DNA from: Lingula anatina
Taxonomy: Eukaryota > Animalia > Brachiopoda
NCBI GenBank assembly: GCA_051362555.1
Contig: CM120642.1
Location: forward strand, 21,452,001-21,516,000
Reading direction: 5' to 3'
DNA: 64,000 nt
In this document: piece by piece, positions 43,101-55,696 of the stretch
Layout of the letters: the number at the start of each line of letters is the position of its first letter
Numbering within the stretch: the first letter of the stretch is position 1
The notes under the pieces: generated by a model
Told to the model about the DNA's origin: nothing
The model's input: only the letters and a program-made list of their open reading frames with translations
Databases searched by the model: none
Translations under genes and position numbers: made by a program

Positions 43101-46100
43101 TGATAGAATTGTAGTTGTTTGACATTTTGTATGCAAAGAGTGAGAATTATCTACAATATTTTTTTTTCAATTTCACATCTAATTAGACTCACATTAAACA
43201 TCAAATATTATGATTTGAGTTTGTTTGTGTAAGACGTGACAAATTACCCATATCTGTCCTCTGGAAAAGAATATATAACCATTTAAGACATCTCCTTACT
43301 ACCAATACCAGATGCAGATTCCTCCTTACAATCGGTTTCTGGAATAGGGTTTAGCACACCATTTGACAATGTCCTAAAGCTTGCCATATGCCATCTATTG
43401 TACACATGGATGAGACATAGCATTGCTCTTGCTGTTGTCTTTTGCTGTCTGTTTTTTCTATAAGAATTAGCCCTGACCAGACAGGAAGAATCAGTTCACC
43501 AAAAAAGCCATCACGCTGTATGGAAAAGGTCACCTGGAAAAACAACAATATGTTTGATAAAAGTGAAAATTAAATTCTAAAAATTGACAAATTTCCCACA
43601 CTAAAATAGTTGAACAATAATTTTGATAAACTTAACCTAAACAGTTGAGTAGGTCTGATAAAAAGGATATTTTCAGAACATATAAATTTGAGAAATACTG
43701 AAAATGACATTGAAAAGACTGCCAAATGCGGTGCCTTATAATAGTTAAATGTTAATAATTTTCACAAATCTTGTCCAATATTTGTGAAATTTGGACAGAT
43801 GATGCATAACAATAATAAAAATCTGTGATGAGCTCATCAGTTGACTGTGTCTCATGAAAAACATTTTTGAGAGAATATAAATGTGAGAAAACTGAAAATG
43901 ACACTGAAAAGACTGCCAAATTCCATGGTATAAAATAGTTAAACATTAATATTTTTCACAAATCTTGTCCAATATTTTTGAAATTTGGACAGATGATGCA
44001 TAACAACAATAAAAATCTGTGATAAGCTCATCAGTTGACTGTGTTGCATGAAAAAGTTTTTTTTTTGGACAATAAAATTGAGAAAACTGAAAATGACATT
44101 GAAAAGACTGCCAAATTCCATGGCTTAAAATAGTTAAACGTTAATAATTTTCACAAATCTTCTCCAACATTTGTGGAATTTGATGAATTTGGAGTGATGA
44201 TGCTTAACAATAATAAAAATCTGTGATAAGCTCATCAGTTTACTGTGTCTCATAAAAAACATTTTTGAGAGCATATAAATGTGAAAAAACTGAAAATGAC
44301 ATTGCAAAGCCCGCAAAATTCCATGGCTTAAAATAGTTAAACATTAATATTTTTCACAAATCTTCTCCAATATTTGTGAAATTTGGATAGATGATGCATA
44401 ACAACAATAAAAATCTGTGATAAGCTCATCAGTTGACTGTGTCTCATTAAAAATATTTTTTTTTGGACAATAAAATTGAGAAAACTGAAAATGACACTGA
44501 AAAGACTGTAAAATGCGGTGTCTTAAAATAGTTAAACGTTAATAATTTTCACAAAACTTGTTCAATATTTGTGAAATTTGGAGAGATGATGCTTAACAAT
44601 AACAAAAATCTGTGATAAGCTTTATAATTGACAGTATGTGATAGAATTGTAGTTGTTTGACATTTTGTATGCGAAGAGTGAGAATTATCTACAATATTTT
44701 TTTTTCAATTTCACATCTAATTAGACTCACATTAAACATCAAATATTATGATTTGAGTTTGTTTGTGTAAGAGGTGACAAATTACCCATAACTGTCCTCT
44801 GGAAAAGAATATATACCCATTTAAGACATCTCCTTACTACCAATACCAGATGCAGATTCCTCCTTACAATCGGTTTCTGGAATTGAGGTTTAGCACACCA
44901 TTTGACAATGTCCTAAAGCTTGCCATATACCATCTATTGTACACATGGATGAGACATAGCATTGCTCTTGCTGTTGTCCTTTGCTGTCTGTTTTTTCTAT
45001 AGGAATTAGCCCTGACCAGACAGGAAGAATCAGTTCACCAAAAAAGCCATCACGCTGTATGGAAAAGGTCACCTGGAAAAACAACAATATGTTTGATAAA
45101 AGTGAAAATTAAATTCTAAAAATTGACAAATTTCTTACACTAAAATAGTTGAACAATAATTTTGATAAACTTAAACTAAACAGTTGACTATGTCTAATAA
45201 AAAAGATATTTTCAGAAGATATAAATTTGAGAAATACTGAAAATGACATTGAAAAGACTGCCATATGCGGTGCCTTAAAATAGTTAAATGTTAATAATTT
45301 TCACAAATCTTGTCCAATATTTGTGAAATTTGGACAGATGATGCATAACAATAATAAAAATCTGTGATGAGCTCATCAGTTGACTGTGTCTCATGAAAAA
45401 CATTTTTCAGAGCAAATAAATGTGAGAAAACTGAAAATGACATTGAAAAGACGGCCAAATTCCATGGTATAAAATAGTTAAACGTTGATAATTTTCACAA
45501 ATCTTGTATAATATTTGTGAAATTTGGATAGATGAAGCATAACAACAATAAAAATCTGTGATAAGCTCATCAGTTGACTGTGTCTCATGTAAAAATTTTT
45601 TTTTGGACAATAAATTTGAGAAAATTGAAAATGACACTGAGAAGACTGCAAAATGCGGTGCCTTAAAATAGTTAAACGTTAATAATTTTTAAAAATCTTG
45701 TCTAATATTTGTGAAATTTGGATAGATGATGCATAACAACAATAAAAATCTGTGATTAGCTCATCAGTTGACTGTGTCTCATGAAAAACCTTTTTTTTTT
45801 TTGGACAATTAATTTGAGAAAACTGAAAATAACACTGAAACGACTGCCAAATTCCATGGCTTAAATAGTTAAACGTTATGAATTTTTACAAATCTTGTCT
45901 AATATTTGTGAAAATTGGCAAGATGATGCATAACAATAATAAAAATCTGTGATAACCTCATCAGTTGAATGTGTCTCATGAAAAAGAATTTTCAGAGCAT
46001 ATAAATGTGAAAAAACTGAAAATGACAGTGGAAAGACTGGAAAATTCCATGGCTTAAAATAGTTAAACGTTAATAATTTTCACAAGTCTTGTCTAATATT

Positions 46101-49100
46101 TGTGAAATTTGGATAGATGATGCATAACAACAATAACAATCTGTGATAAGCTCATCAGTTGAATGTGTCACATGAAAAAGTTTTTTTTGGACAATAAATT
46201 TGAGAAAACTGAAAATAACACTGAAACGACTGCCAAATTCCATGGCTTAAATAGTTAAACGTTAAGAATTTTTACAAATTTTGTCTAATATTTGTGAAAA
46301 TTGGATAGATGATGCATAACAATAATAAAAATCTGTGATAAGCTCATCAGTTTACTGTGTCTCATAAAAAACATTTTTGAGAGAATATAAATGTGAGAAA
46401 ACTGAAAATGACATTGAAAAGACTGCCAAATTCCATGGTATAAAATAGTTAAACATTAATATTTTTCACAAATCTTCTCCAATATTTGTGGAATTTGGAG
46501 TGATGATGCCAAACAATAATAAAAATCTGTGATAAGCTCATTAGTTTACTGTGTCGCAAGAAAAAGTTTTTTTTTTGGACAATAAAATTGAGAAAACTGA
46601 AAATGACATTGAAAAGACTGCCAAATGCGGTGCCTTAAAATAGTTAAATGTTAATAATTTTCACAAATCTTGTCCAATATTTGTGAAATTTGGACAGATG
46701 ATGCATGACAATACTAAAAATCTGTGATCAGCTCATCAGTTGACTGTGTCTCATAAAAAACATTTTTCAGAGCAAATAAATGTGAGAAAACTGAACATGA
46801 CACTGAAAAGACTGCCAAATTCCATGGTATAAAATAGTTAAACGTTAATAATTTTCACAAATCTTGTCTAATATTTTTGAAATTTGGATAGATGAAGCAT
46901 AACAACAATAAAAATCTGTGATAAGCTCATCAGTTGACTGTGTCTCATTAAAAATATTTTTTTTGGACAATAAAATTGAGAAAACTGAAAATGACACTGA
47001 AAAGACTGTAAAATGTGGTGTCTTAAAATAGTTAAACGTTAATAATTTTCACAAAACTTGTTCAATATTTGTGAAATTTGGAGAGATGATGCTTAATAAT
47101 AACAAAAATCTGTGATAAGCTTAATAATTGACAGTATGTGATAGAATTGTAGTTGTTTGACATTTTGTATGCAAAGAGTGAGAATTATCTACAATATTTT
47201 TTTTTCAATTTCACATCTAATTAGACTCACATTAAACATCAAATATTATGATTTGAGTTTGTTTGTGTAAGAGGTGACAAATTACCCATAACTGTCCTCT
47301 GGAAAAGAATACATAAAAATTTAAGACATCTCCTTACTACCAATACCAGATGCAGATTCCTCCTTACAATCAGTTTCTGGAATAGGGTTTAGCACACCAT
47401 TTGACAATGTCCTAAAGCTTGCCATATGCCATCTATTGTACACATGGATGAGACATAGCATTGCTCTTGCTGTTGTCTTTTGCTGTCTGTTTTTTCTATA
47501 AGAATTAGCCCTGACCAGACAGGAAGAATCAGTTCACCAAAAAAGCCATCACGCTGTATGGAAAAGGTCACCTGGAAAAACAACAATATGTTTGATAAAA
47601 GTGAAAATTAAATTCTAAAAATTGACAAATTTCCCACACTAAAATAGTTGAACAATAATTTTGATAAACTTAACCTAAACAGTTGACTATGTCTAATAAA
47701 AAGGATATTTTCAGAACATATAAATTTGAGAAATACTAAAAATGACATTGAAAAGACTGCCAAATGCGGTGCCTTAAAATAGTTAAATGTTAATAATTTT
47801 CACAAATCTTGTCCAATATTTGTGAAATTTGGACAGATGATGCATAACAACAATAAAAATCTGTGATAAGCTCGTCAGTTCACTGTGTCTCATGAAAAAC
47901 ATTTTTATGAGCAAATAAATGTGAGAAAACTGAAAATTTTATGCATCATCTATCCAAATTTGTGAAATTTGGATAGATGATGGTATAAAATTTACAAATC
48001 TTGTTCAATATTTGTGAAATTTGGACAGATGATGCTTAACAATCACACTGTATGGAAAAGGTCACCTGGAAAAAGAACAATATGTTTGATAAAAGTCCAA
48101 TATTTGTGAAATTTGGACAGATGATGCACAACAATAATAAAAATCTGTGATAAGTTCATCAGTTGACTGTGTCTCATGAAAAACATTTTTCAGAGCAAAT
48201 AAATGTGAGAAAACTGAAAATGACACTGAAAACACTGCCAAATTCCATGGTATAAAATAGTTAAACATTAATAATTTTTACAAATCTTGTCTAATATTTG
48301 TGAAATTTGGATAGATGAAGCATAACAACAATAAAAATCTGTGATAAGCTCATCAGTTGATTGTGTCTCATGAAAGAGATTTTTTTTTGGACAATAAATT
48401 TGGGAAAACTGAAAATGACACTGAAACGACTTCTAAATTCCATGGCTTAAAATAGTTAAACGTTAATAATTTTTACAAATCTTGTCTAATATTTGTGAAA
48501 TTTGGATAGATGATGCATAACAACAATAACAATCTGTGATAAGCTCATCAGTTGACTGTGTTTCATGAAAAAGTTTTTTTTTTTGACAATAAAATTGAGA
48601 AAACTGAAAATGACATTGAAAAGCCTGCAAAATGCGGTGTCTTAAAATAGTTAAACGTTAATAATTTTCACAAAACATGTTCAATATTTGTGAAATTTGA
48701 AGAGATGATGCTTAACAATAACAAAATTCTGTGATAAGCTTAACAGTTGACAGTGTGTGATAGAATTGTAGTTGTTTGACATTTTGTATGCGAAGAGTGA
48801 GAATTATCTACAATATATTTTTTTTTCAATTTCACAACATCTAATTAGACTCACATTAAACATCAAATATTATGATTTGAGTTTGTTTGTGTAAGAGGTG
48901 ACAAATTACCCATAATTTTCCTCTGGAAAAGAATATATACCCATTTAAGAATCTCCTTACTACCAATACCAGATGCAGATTCCTCCTTACAATCGGTTTC
49001 TGGAATAGGGTTTAGCACACCATTTGACAATGTCCTAAAGCTTGCCATATACCATCTATTGTACACATGGATGAGACATAGCATTGCTCTTGCTGTTGTC

Positions 49101-51180
49101 TTTTGCTGTCTGTTTTTTCTATAGGAATTAGCCCTGACCAGACAGGAAGAATCAGTTCACCAAAATAGCCATCACGCTGTATGGAAAAGGTCACCTGGAA
49201 AAAGAACAATATGTTTGATAAAAGTGAAAATTAAATTCTAAAAATTGACAAATTTCCCACACTAAAATAGTTGAACAATAATTTTGATAAACTTAACCTA
49301 AGCAGTTGACTATGTCTAATAAAAAGGATATTTTCAGAACATATAAATTTGAGAAATGCTGTAAATGACATTGAAAAGACTGCCAAATGCAGTGCCTTAA
49401 AATAGTTAAATGTTAACCATTTTCACAAATCTTGTCCAATATTTGTGAAATTTGGACAGATGATGCATAACAATAATAAAAATCTGTGATAAGCTCATCA
49501 GTTGACTGTGTCTCATGAAAAACATTTTTCAGAGCAAATAAATGTGAGAAAACTGAAAATGACATTGCAAAGACTACAAAATTCCATGGCTTAAAATAGT
49601 TAAACGTTAATAATTTTCACAAATCTTGTCTAATATTTGTGAAATTTGGATGCATTACAACAATAAAAATCTGTGATAAGCTCATCAGTTGACTGTGTCT
49701 CATTAAAAAGATTTTTTTGGACAATAAATTAGAGAAAATTGAAAATGACATTGAAAAGACTGCAAAATGCGGTGCCTTAAAATAGTTAAATGTTAATAAT
49801 TTTCACAAATCTTGTCCAATATTTGTGAAATTTGGACAGATGATGCATACAATAGTAAAAATCTGTGATAAGCTCATTAGTTGACTGTGTCTCATGAAAA
49901 ACATTTTTCAGAGCTAATAAATGTGAGAAAACTGAAAATGACATTGCAAAGACTACAAAATTCCATGGCTTAAAATAGTTAAACGTCAATAATTTTCACA
50001 AATCTTGTCTAATATTTGTGAAATTTGGACAGATGATGCATAACAACAATACAAATCTGTGATAAGCTCATCAGTTGACTGTGTCTCATTAAAAAGAATT
50101 TTTTGGACAATAAATTTGAGAAAATTGAAAATGACACTGAGAAGACTGCAAAAGGCGGTGCCTTAAAATAGTTAAACATTAATAATTTTCACAAAACTTG
50201 TTCAATATTTGTGAAATTTGGAGAGATGATGCTTAACAATAACAAAAATCTGTGATAAGTTTAACAGTTGACAGTTTGTGATAGAATTGTAGTTGTTTGA
50301 CATTTTGTTTGCAAAGAGTGAGAATTATCTACAATATTTTTTTTTCAATTTCACAACATCTAATTAGACTCACATTAAACATCAAATATTATGACTTGAG
50401 TTTGTTTGTGTAAGAGGTGACAAATTATCCATAATTTTCCTCTGGAAAAGAATATATACCCATTTAAGACATCTCCTTACTACCAATACCAGATGCAGAT
50501 TCCTCCTTACAATCGGTTTCTGGAATTGAGGTTTAGCACACCATTTGACAATGTCCTAAAGCTTGCCATATACCATCTATTGTACACATGGATGAGACAT
50601 AGCATTGCTCTTGCTGTTGTCTTTTGCTGTCCGTTTTTTCTATAGGAATTAGCCCTGACCAGACAGGAAGAATCAGTTCACCAAAAAAGCCATCACGCTG
50701 TATTGAAAAGGTCACCTGGAAAAAGGACAATATGTTTGATAAAAGTGAAAATTAAATTCTAAAAATTGACAAATTTCCCACACTAAAATAGTTGAACAAT
50801 AATTTTGATAAACTTAACCTAAGCAGTTGACTATGTCTAATAAAAAGGATATTTTCAGAACATATAAATTTGAGAAATACTGAAAATGCCATTGAGAAGA
50901 CTGCCAAATGCGGTGCCTTAAAATAGTTAAACATTAATAATTTTCACAAAACTTGTTCAATATTTGTGAAATTTGGAGAGATGATGCTTAACAATAACAA
51001 AAATCTGTGATAAGCTTAACAGTTGACAGTGTGTGATAGAATTGTAGTTGTTTGACATATTGTATGCGAAGAGTGAGAATTATCTAAAAATTTTTTTTTT
51101 TCAATTTCACAACATCTAATTAGACTCACATTAAACATCAAATATTATGATTTGAGTTTGTTTGTGTAAGAGGTGACAAA

Positions 51181-51468
51181 TTACCCATAATTTTCCTCTG
51201 GAAAAGAATATATACCCATTCAAGACATCTCCTTACTACCAATAGTAGATGCAGATTCCTCCTTACAATTTGTGTTTGGAATTGGGGTTTAGCACACCAT
51301 TTGACAATGTCCGTAAGCTTGCCTACCATCTATTGTACACATGGATGAGACATAGCATTGCTCTTGCTGTTGTCTTTTGCTGTCTGTTTTTTCTATAGGA
51401 ATTAGCCATGACCAGACAGGAAGAATAAGTTCACCAAAAAAGCCCCCACACTGTATGGAAAAGGTCAC
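51181..51468 (-). pseudogene. Most diverged, terminal core copy; possible relic of a piggyBac (PGBD4-type) transposase C-terminal Cys-rich domain
   Basis: Switching between two frames gives LSGH / LIPIEKTDSKRQQQEQCYV / GKLTDIVKWC / NCKEESA / RRCLEWVY / EENYG*. This resembles the order RLxGxH..IP.T..K...C.VC...G...C..C..LC..CFE.YH...Y* of piggyBac C-termini, but it needs several frameshifts, so support is weak. Confidence 0.3.
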
Positions 51469-51781
51469 CTGGAAGAGAAATGTATAATGTATTAAAAAAA
51501 AAAATGGAAATTAAAATTTAAAAAGTGATAAATTTATCAGACTAAAATAGCTAAACATTAATAATTTTGATAAAGTTGGATTTAAAAGTGGATTGTGTCT
51601 AATGGAAAGGCTCATCTGGAAAGAGAACAGTAAGTTTGAAAAAAAGTGAAAATATCGCCAGTTTTCGAGATATAAGGAATAGAAAATTTGCAAAGCTCAG
51701 TTCATTGTGAAAATTAGGTCAAAGGTCAATTTCAGGATCACAGTTAGATTGGCAGTATATGACATCTTATTCAAGTTGAAT

Positions 51782-52338
51782 GAGGGTAAGAAATACTCCC
51801 CCTTAATCACTAATCACGAAGAATTAAAACAGGTCAATCACCAATCACGAGGAATTAAAAGCTATCGCCATTCATCAAGATAGAAAATTGCTATACTTGC
51901 AGGAATGCAAAGAATTCATAACATTCCCAGAATAATTAATTTCGTATGTGGAATGACATGAATCGTCTGTTTAGAGATATTCAGCCATTCTTATTGGTCA
52001 GGATTCCCGTAACAGAGACAAAGGCGATGATATATGAATAGAACAGGAAAGTAGCAAACTACTCACATTTCCCCTTTTCTACCTGCCTTGTTTGAAGATT
52101 TTGTTGAATTTATCTCCAGTGAATGATTGCCCTACAATCATGATACAAAGTTTGGGACTTTCTAGAACAAATTCCTCTAATGCTAATTAAACATTTTTAC
52201 GAATCACGTTGATGAATTCCTACCAATTAATAACGCGGAACAAAGAAGTTCCTGAATCACGTTTCACGCAGAATATTGCGCTCCAATAATGTACCACACT
52301 CGAAAAATAAGGCCAGTCATGTGTAACGCAAAAGGTAT
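51782..52338. mobile_element. Unclassified ~560-bp insertion with repeated AATCAC(G) motifs interrupting the family A relic
   Basis: The host 146-bp unit stops at TTCAAGTTGAAT and resumes at TAATTATGGG. AATCAC/AATCACG clusters occur near both ends. No clear TIR or TSD. Confidence 0.45.
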
Positions 52339-52558
52339 TAATTATGGGTGTATCTTTGACAGTTTTGGAGACATGAAGATTGGAAAACTTGCAAAGTGCA
52401 GTTCATAATGAAAAGTAGGTCAAAGGTCAATTTTAAGGTCACAGTTAGATTACCAGTATATGACTTCCTTAGTTCAATAGTAACTATGGGCATATCTCTG
52501 CTAATTTTGGAATAATTCACATTTAATTTTCACCACTGAATATTGCAACATTGTATTT

Positions 52559-54235
52559 TTATGTACAGACACAGATGTGTCTGTACATATTGCCATCACC
52601 TGCGTCTGTCGTCGCCGATGCCAATGCCGATGGCGATGGCGATGCCGATGCCGTGCACTTTCCTTGTAAACACGATAAGTGGAGGGCAGTTTTACTTTTT
52701 GGCTTTATATTTACAAAGCTGGTGAATATTCATAAAAGGCAGGTCAAGTTCGAAAATCAGCATGATCGGGTCATTATTGTAGAAGTTATGCTGTTTTTTC
52801 ACTTTTCAGCATATTTTTTACATTTCCTCAGATTCAATTCTTAGGCATGTTAACAGTCTCATTATTAAACTAATAAGATACGTAAAACTTTTTGTTTGAC
52901 ATTTCCTGCATCTTTATAACATTGTTAGTTGATTTCGTAAAAATGATGGTAAACTTGTTATCGTGTATTGTGTAATAAAGTTTCAAAAGTGGAAATAAAC
53001 TCATATCATTGCAGTTTGTCAGATTCAATCATTCACTATGTTCAGAATCTCAGAATGGAAGAAATTGGACATTTAACACTGCTCTATTGATATTTTTCCC
53101 ATCTCATCAATTTTCTTAGTTGATCATATAAAAATGGCAGTAAGCTGTTAATTTTGTTTTATGTTAAAAATTGTTAAAAATGGAAAAAAAAAAACATTTC
53201 AGAACAGTGCTGTCTTGTTTACATTTTGGCATTTTCAAGTTGTGACTTTGAAGTTCCATGGGCCTGAAGACCTTTGCTAGTCACATTTTCTGAATATCCA
53301 TGATACTAATATTTTATTATTAAAAATTGATGGTCATTATGCTGTTAAACATTATGTAATATTGCATCAAAATTTGAAAAAACCTACTTTGGACACTGCT
53401 CCCATGATGACCATTTAAGAAAAACCATGTCACTTACTGTTCTCAAACAGTACAGTAAATATGTACAGATGTGTCAAAAATGTGTCTGTACATATTGCCA
53501 TCACCTGGGTCTGTCTTCGCCGTCACCGCCGTCACCAGCGCCTTGCACTTTCATTGTAAACACGATAAGTGGAAGGCAGTTTTACTTTTGGGCTTTATAT
53601 TTACAGAGCTGATGAATATTCATAAAACGCAGGTCAAGTTCGAAAATCAGCATCATCGGGCCATTATTGTAGAAGTTATGCCTTTTTTTTCACTTTTCAG
53701 CATATTTCACATATTGGCATTTTCAAGGTGTGACTTTGAAGTTCTACATGCTTGAAGACCCATGCTAATCACATTTTCTGAAAATCCATGATACGTATAT
53801 TTTATTATTAAAAATTGACGGTCATTATGCTGTTAACCAATATGTAATATTGCATCAGAATAGAAGAAAACAATTATGGGTGCTGCTGCCATGATGACCA
53901 TTATGGGAAAACCATGTTGCTAATGATTGCCAAATGTTCAAAAAAGAAATGCAGGACTAAAATGCAGCCTGGGTTGGAAAAGTAGTCTAATTGGCTTCTT
54001 TTTCTGGAAGTTATACATTTTCAAAGTGTGAACTTGAACTCCCATGGGCCTGAAGCCTTATGCTTGTTACACGTTTTACTTACATTGGTATTACCTGTTG
54101 AGCATAATTAAAATTTGATGTTGAATTTGCAGTTTAACATAATGTACTTTTGCATCAGAATTGACAGTAGCCTATTTTGTGCATAGTTATTTCCTGCTTT
54201 TTGTCTGTACATTTGACAGCTTTGCTGCCTTGTTT
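52559..54235 (+). mobile_element. HINE/Helentron 'family B' copy 1, with an internal second 5' end at ~53461
   Basis: Starts in a T-run. 5' palindrome ATGTACAGACAC-AGAT-GTGTCTGTACAT, then a GCCGAT/GTCGCC-type microsatellite and CTTGTAAACACGATAA. The 3' end has the subterminal repeat TGTCTGTACAT, hairpin CAGC-TTT-GCTG and terminal CTTGT in a T-run. Confidence 0.8.
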
Positions 54236-54317
54236 TATATAGTGCAATGAAAAAACCACGTCGAAAACAAAAAAAAAAAAGGACACCACCTCCAGTATTA
54301 CATTTGACAAGTTCTAC

Positions 54318-55229
54318 AAACAAGGCAGCAAAGCTGTCAAATGTACAGACAAAAAGCAGGAAATAACTATGCACAAAATAGGCTACTGTCAATTCTGATG
54401 CAAAAGTACATTATGTTAAACTGCAAATTCAACATCAAATTTTAATTATGCTCAACAGGTAATACCAATGTAAGTAAAATGTGTAACAAGCATAAGGCTT
54501 CAGGCAAATGAGAGTTCAAGTTCACACTTTGAAAATGTATAACTTCCAGAAAAAGAAGCCAATTAGACTGCTTTTCCAACTCAGGCTGCATGCCGATTTT
54601 CGAACTTGACCTGCGTTTTAGTAAGATCAATTACTGATGAGAGTTTTACGACAACAGGCCTATCTGTTTTCCTTGAAATGTGTTTACAGTGTTGCATATA
54701 TGCTGAAAAATGAAAAAACAGCATAACTACTAAAATAGTGGCCCGATCATGCAGATTTTCGAACTTGACCTGCGTTTTAGTAAGATCAATTTTTCCTGCG
54801 AGTTTCATGACAACAGGCCTATCGGTTTTTGTTGAAATGTGTTTACAGTGTTGCATATATGCTGAAAAGTGAAAAAACAGCATAACTTCTATAACAAGGA
54901 AAGTGCACGGCGCCGACGGCGACAGCGACGACGGCGACGGCGACGACAGACGCAGGTGACAGCAATATGTACAGACACATCTGTGTCTGTACATAATAAT
55001 GGCCAGATCATGCTGATTTTCAAACTTGACCTGCATTTTATGAATATTCATCAGCTCTGTAAATATAAAGCCAAAAAGTAAAACTGCCCTCCACTTATCG
55101 TGTTTACAAGGAAAGTGCACGGCGCCAGTGACGGCATCGGCATCGGCATCGGCGACGGCGACAACAGACGCAGGTGATGGCAATATGTGTCTGTACATAT
55201 TGTACAGACACATCTGTGTCTGTACATAA
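54318..55229 (-). mobile_element. HINE/Helentron family B copy 2 (inverted), with 5' ends at ~55227 and ~54994 and a ~159-bp internal tandem repeat
   Basis: Reverse complement of the copy 1 termini. 54318-54591 is a near-perfect inverted match to 53962-54235. CGAACTTGACC occurs at 54601 and 54760. Confidence 0.8.
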
Positions 55230-55696
55230 AAATGCAAAAAACAAAAGGTCTCTAGCTTTTACGGTTCCAGAATTAGAGAGAGTTTTCAGTTTCCGTATAT
55301 AATGATTGCTTCTCCCATGAAAATGCACCGATTAACCCCAAACTCCCAAAGATGAAAGGAGTTGCTGATTGTAATCCCTCACTATAATATGACAGCTTAG
55401 GTCTGTGTAGTTTCTGAAAATTGGTACAAACAATTGATCATCAGCTGAGTTTATTTTTCCAAATGAAAGTCATTGACATAGGAACTGTAAAGGTAAAAGT
55501 CAGGCTCTTTTAGTTTATTTATGATAACTATGTCACTTATTAAATTTATTTCTAATGATTTAACTTACGGTACTTTTCAAAAGTTTTAAGTTTTTGCTAT
55601 AACATACTGAAACAAACAAGAAGTATAGCTTTCAGTTTAAGGTTGACAAAAATAGTTTTCTGTTATTAATTTATGTAAATTAAACATGACTTCCAG

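Larger units (their letters stand above)
1..51620. repeat. Composite satellite array: ~194-bp AT-rich monomers interleaved with 26 copies of a ~0.5-kb core; continues beyond the left edge of the window
   Basis: Monomer consensus TTAATAATTTTCACAAATCTTGTCCAATATTTGTGAAATTTGGACAGATGATGCATAACAAC...GTGATAAGCTCATCAGTTGACTGTG...GAAAACTGAAAATGACATTGAAAAGACTGCCAAATTCCATGG...AAAATAGTTAAACG. Adjacent monomer starts at 35585 and 35779 give a period of 194 bp. The same spurious ORFs recur throughout the ORF track. Roughly 160-170 monomers by length estimate, not counted. Confidence 0.97.
51655..55430 (-). mobile_element. Old fragmented relic of HINE family A, split by later insertions (pieces at ~51655-51781, 52339-52558, 54236-54319, 55230-55430)
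   Basis: Diverged 146-bp units (AAAAGTAGGTCAAAGGTCAATTT). 54260-54320 resembles 29850-29905, and 55230-55360 (GGTCTCTAGC...GAATTAGAGA...GAAAATGCACCGATT) resembles 29905-30035. The pieces are in colinear order. Confidence 0.8.

Noticed and set aside
101-51468. Dscam-like mutually exclusive coding exon array or tandem-domain protein
   Set aside because: The segment length is not a multiple of 3, most copies have in-frame stops, and no constant flanking exons are visible. Kept only as a non-coding or fossil hypothesis.
1-51620. CRISPR-like array or prokaryotic repeat system
   Set aside because: Units are 194 bp or longer with no unique spacers and no cas genes; the context (spliceosomal intron, Helentrons, MITEs) is eukaryotic.
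204-51693. The many 60-119 aa ORFs in the array as genes
   Set aside because: They are translations of repeat units, many from non-ATG starts, with copy-specific stops and frameshifts and no coherent domain.
52559-55229. A single long-TIR foldback (Polinton/Mutator-like) element
   Set aside because: There is no TSD, each half has its own Helentron termini, and the spacer is colinear host-element sequence.
54581-55237. 218-aa ORF, the longest in the window
   Set aside because: It reads through HINE family B termini, microsatellite and tandem repeats; there are no Rep or helicase motifs.
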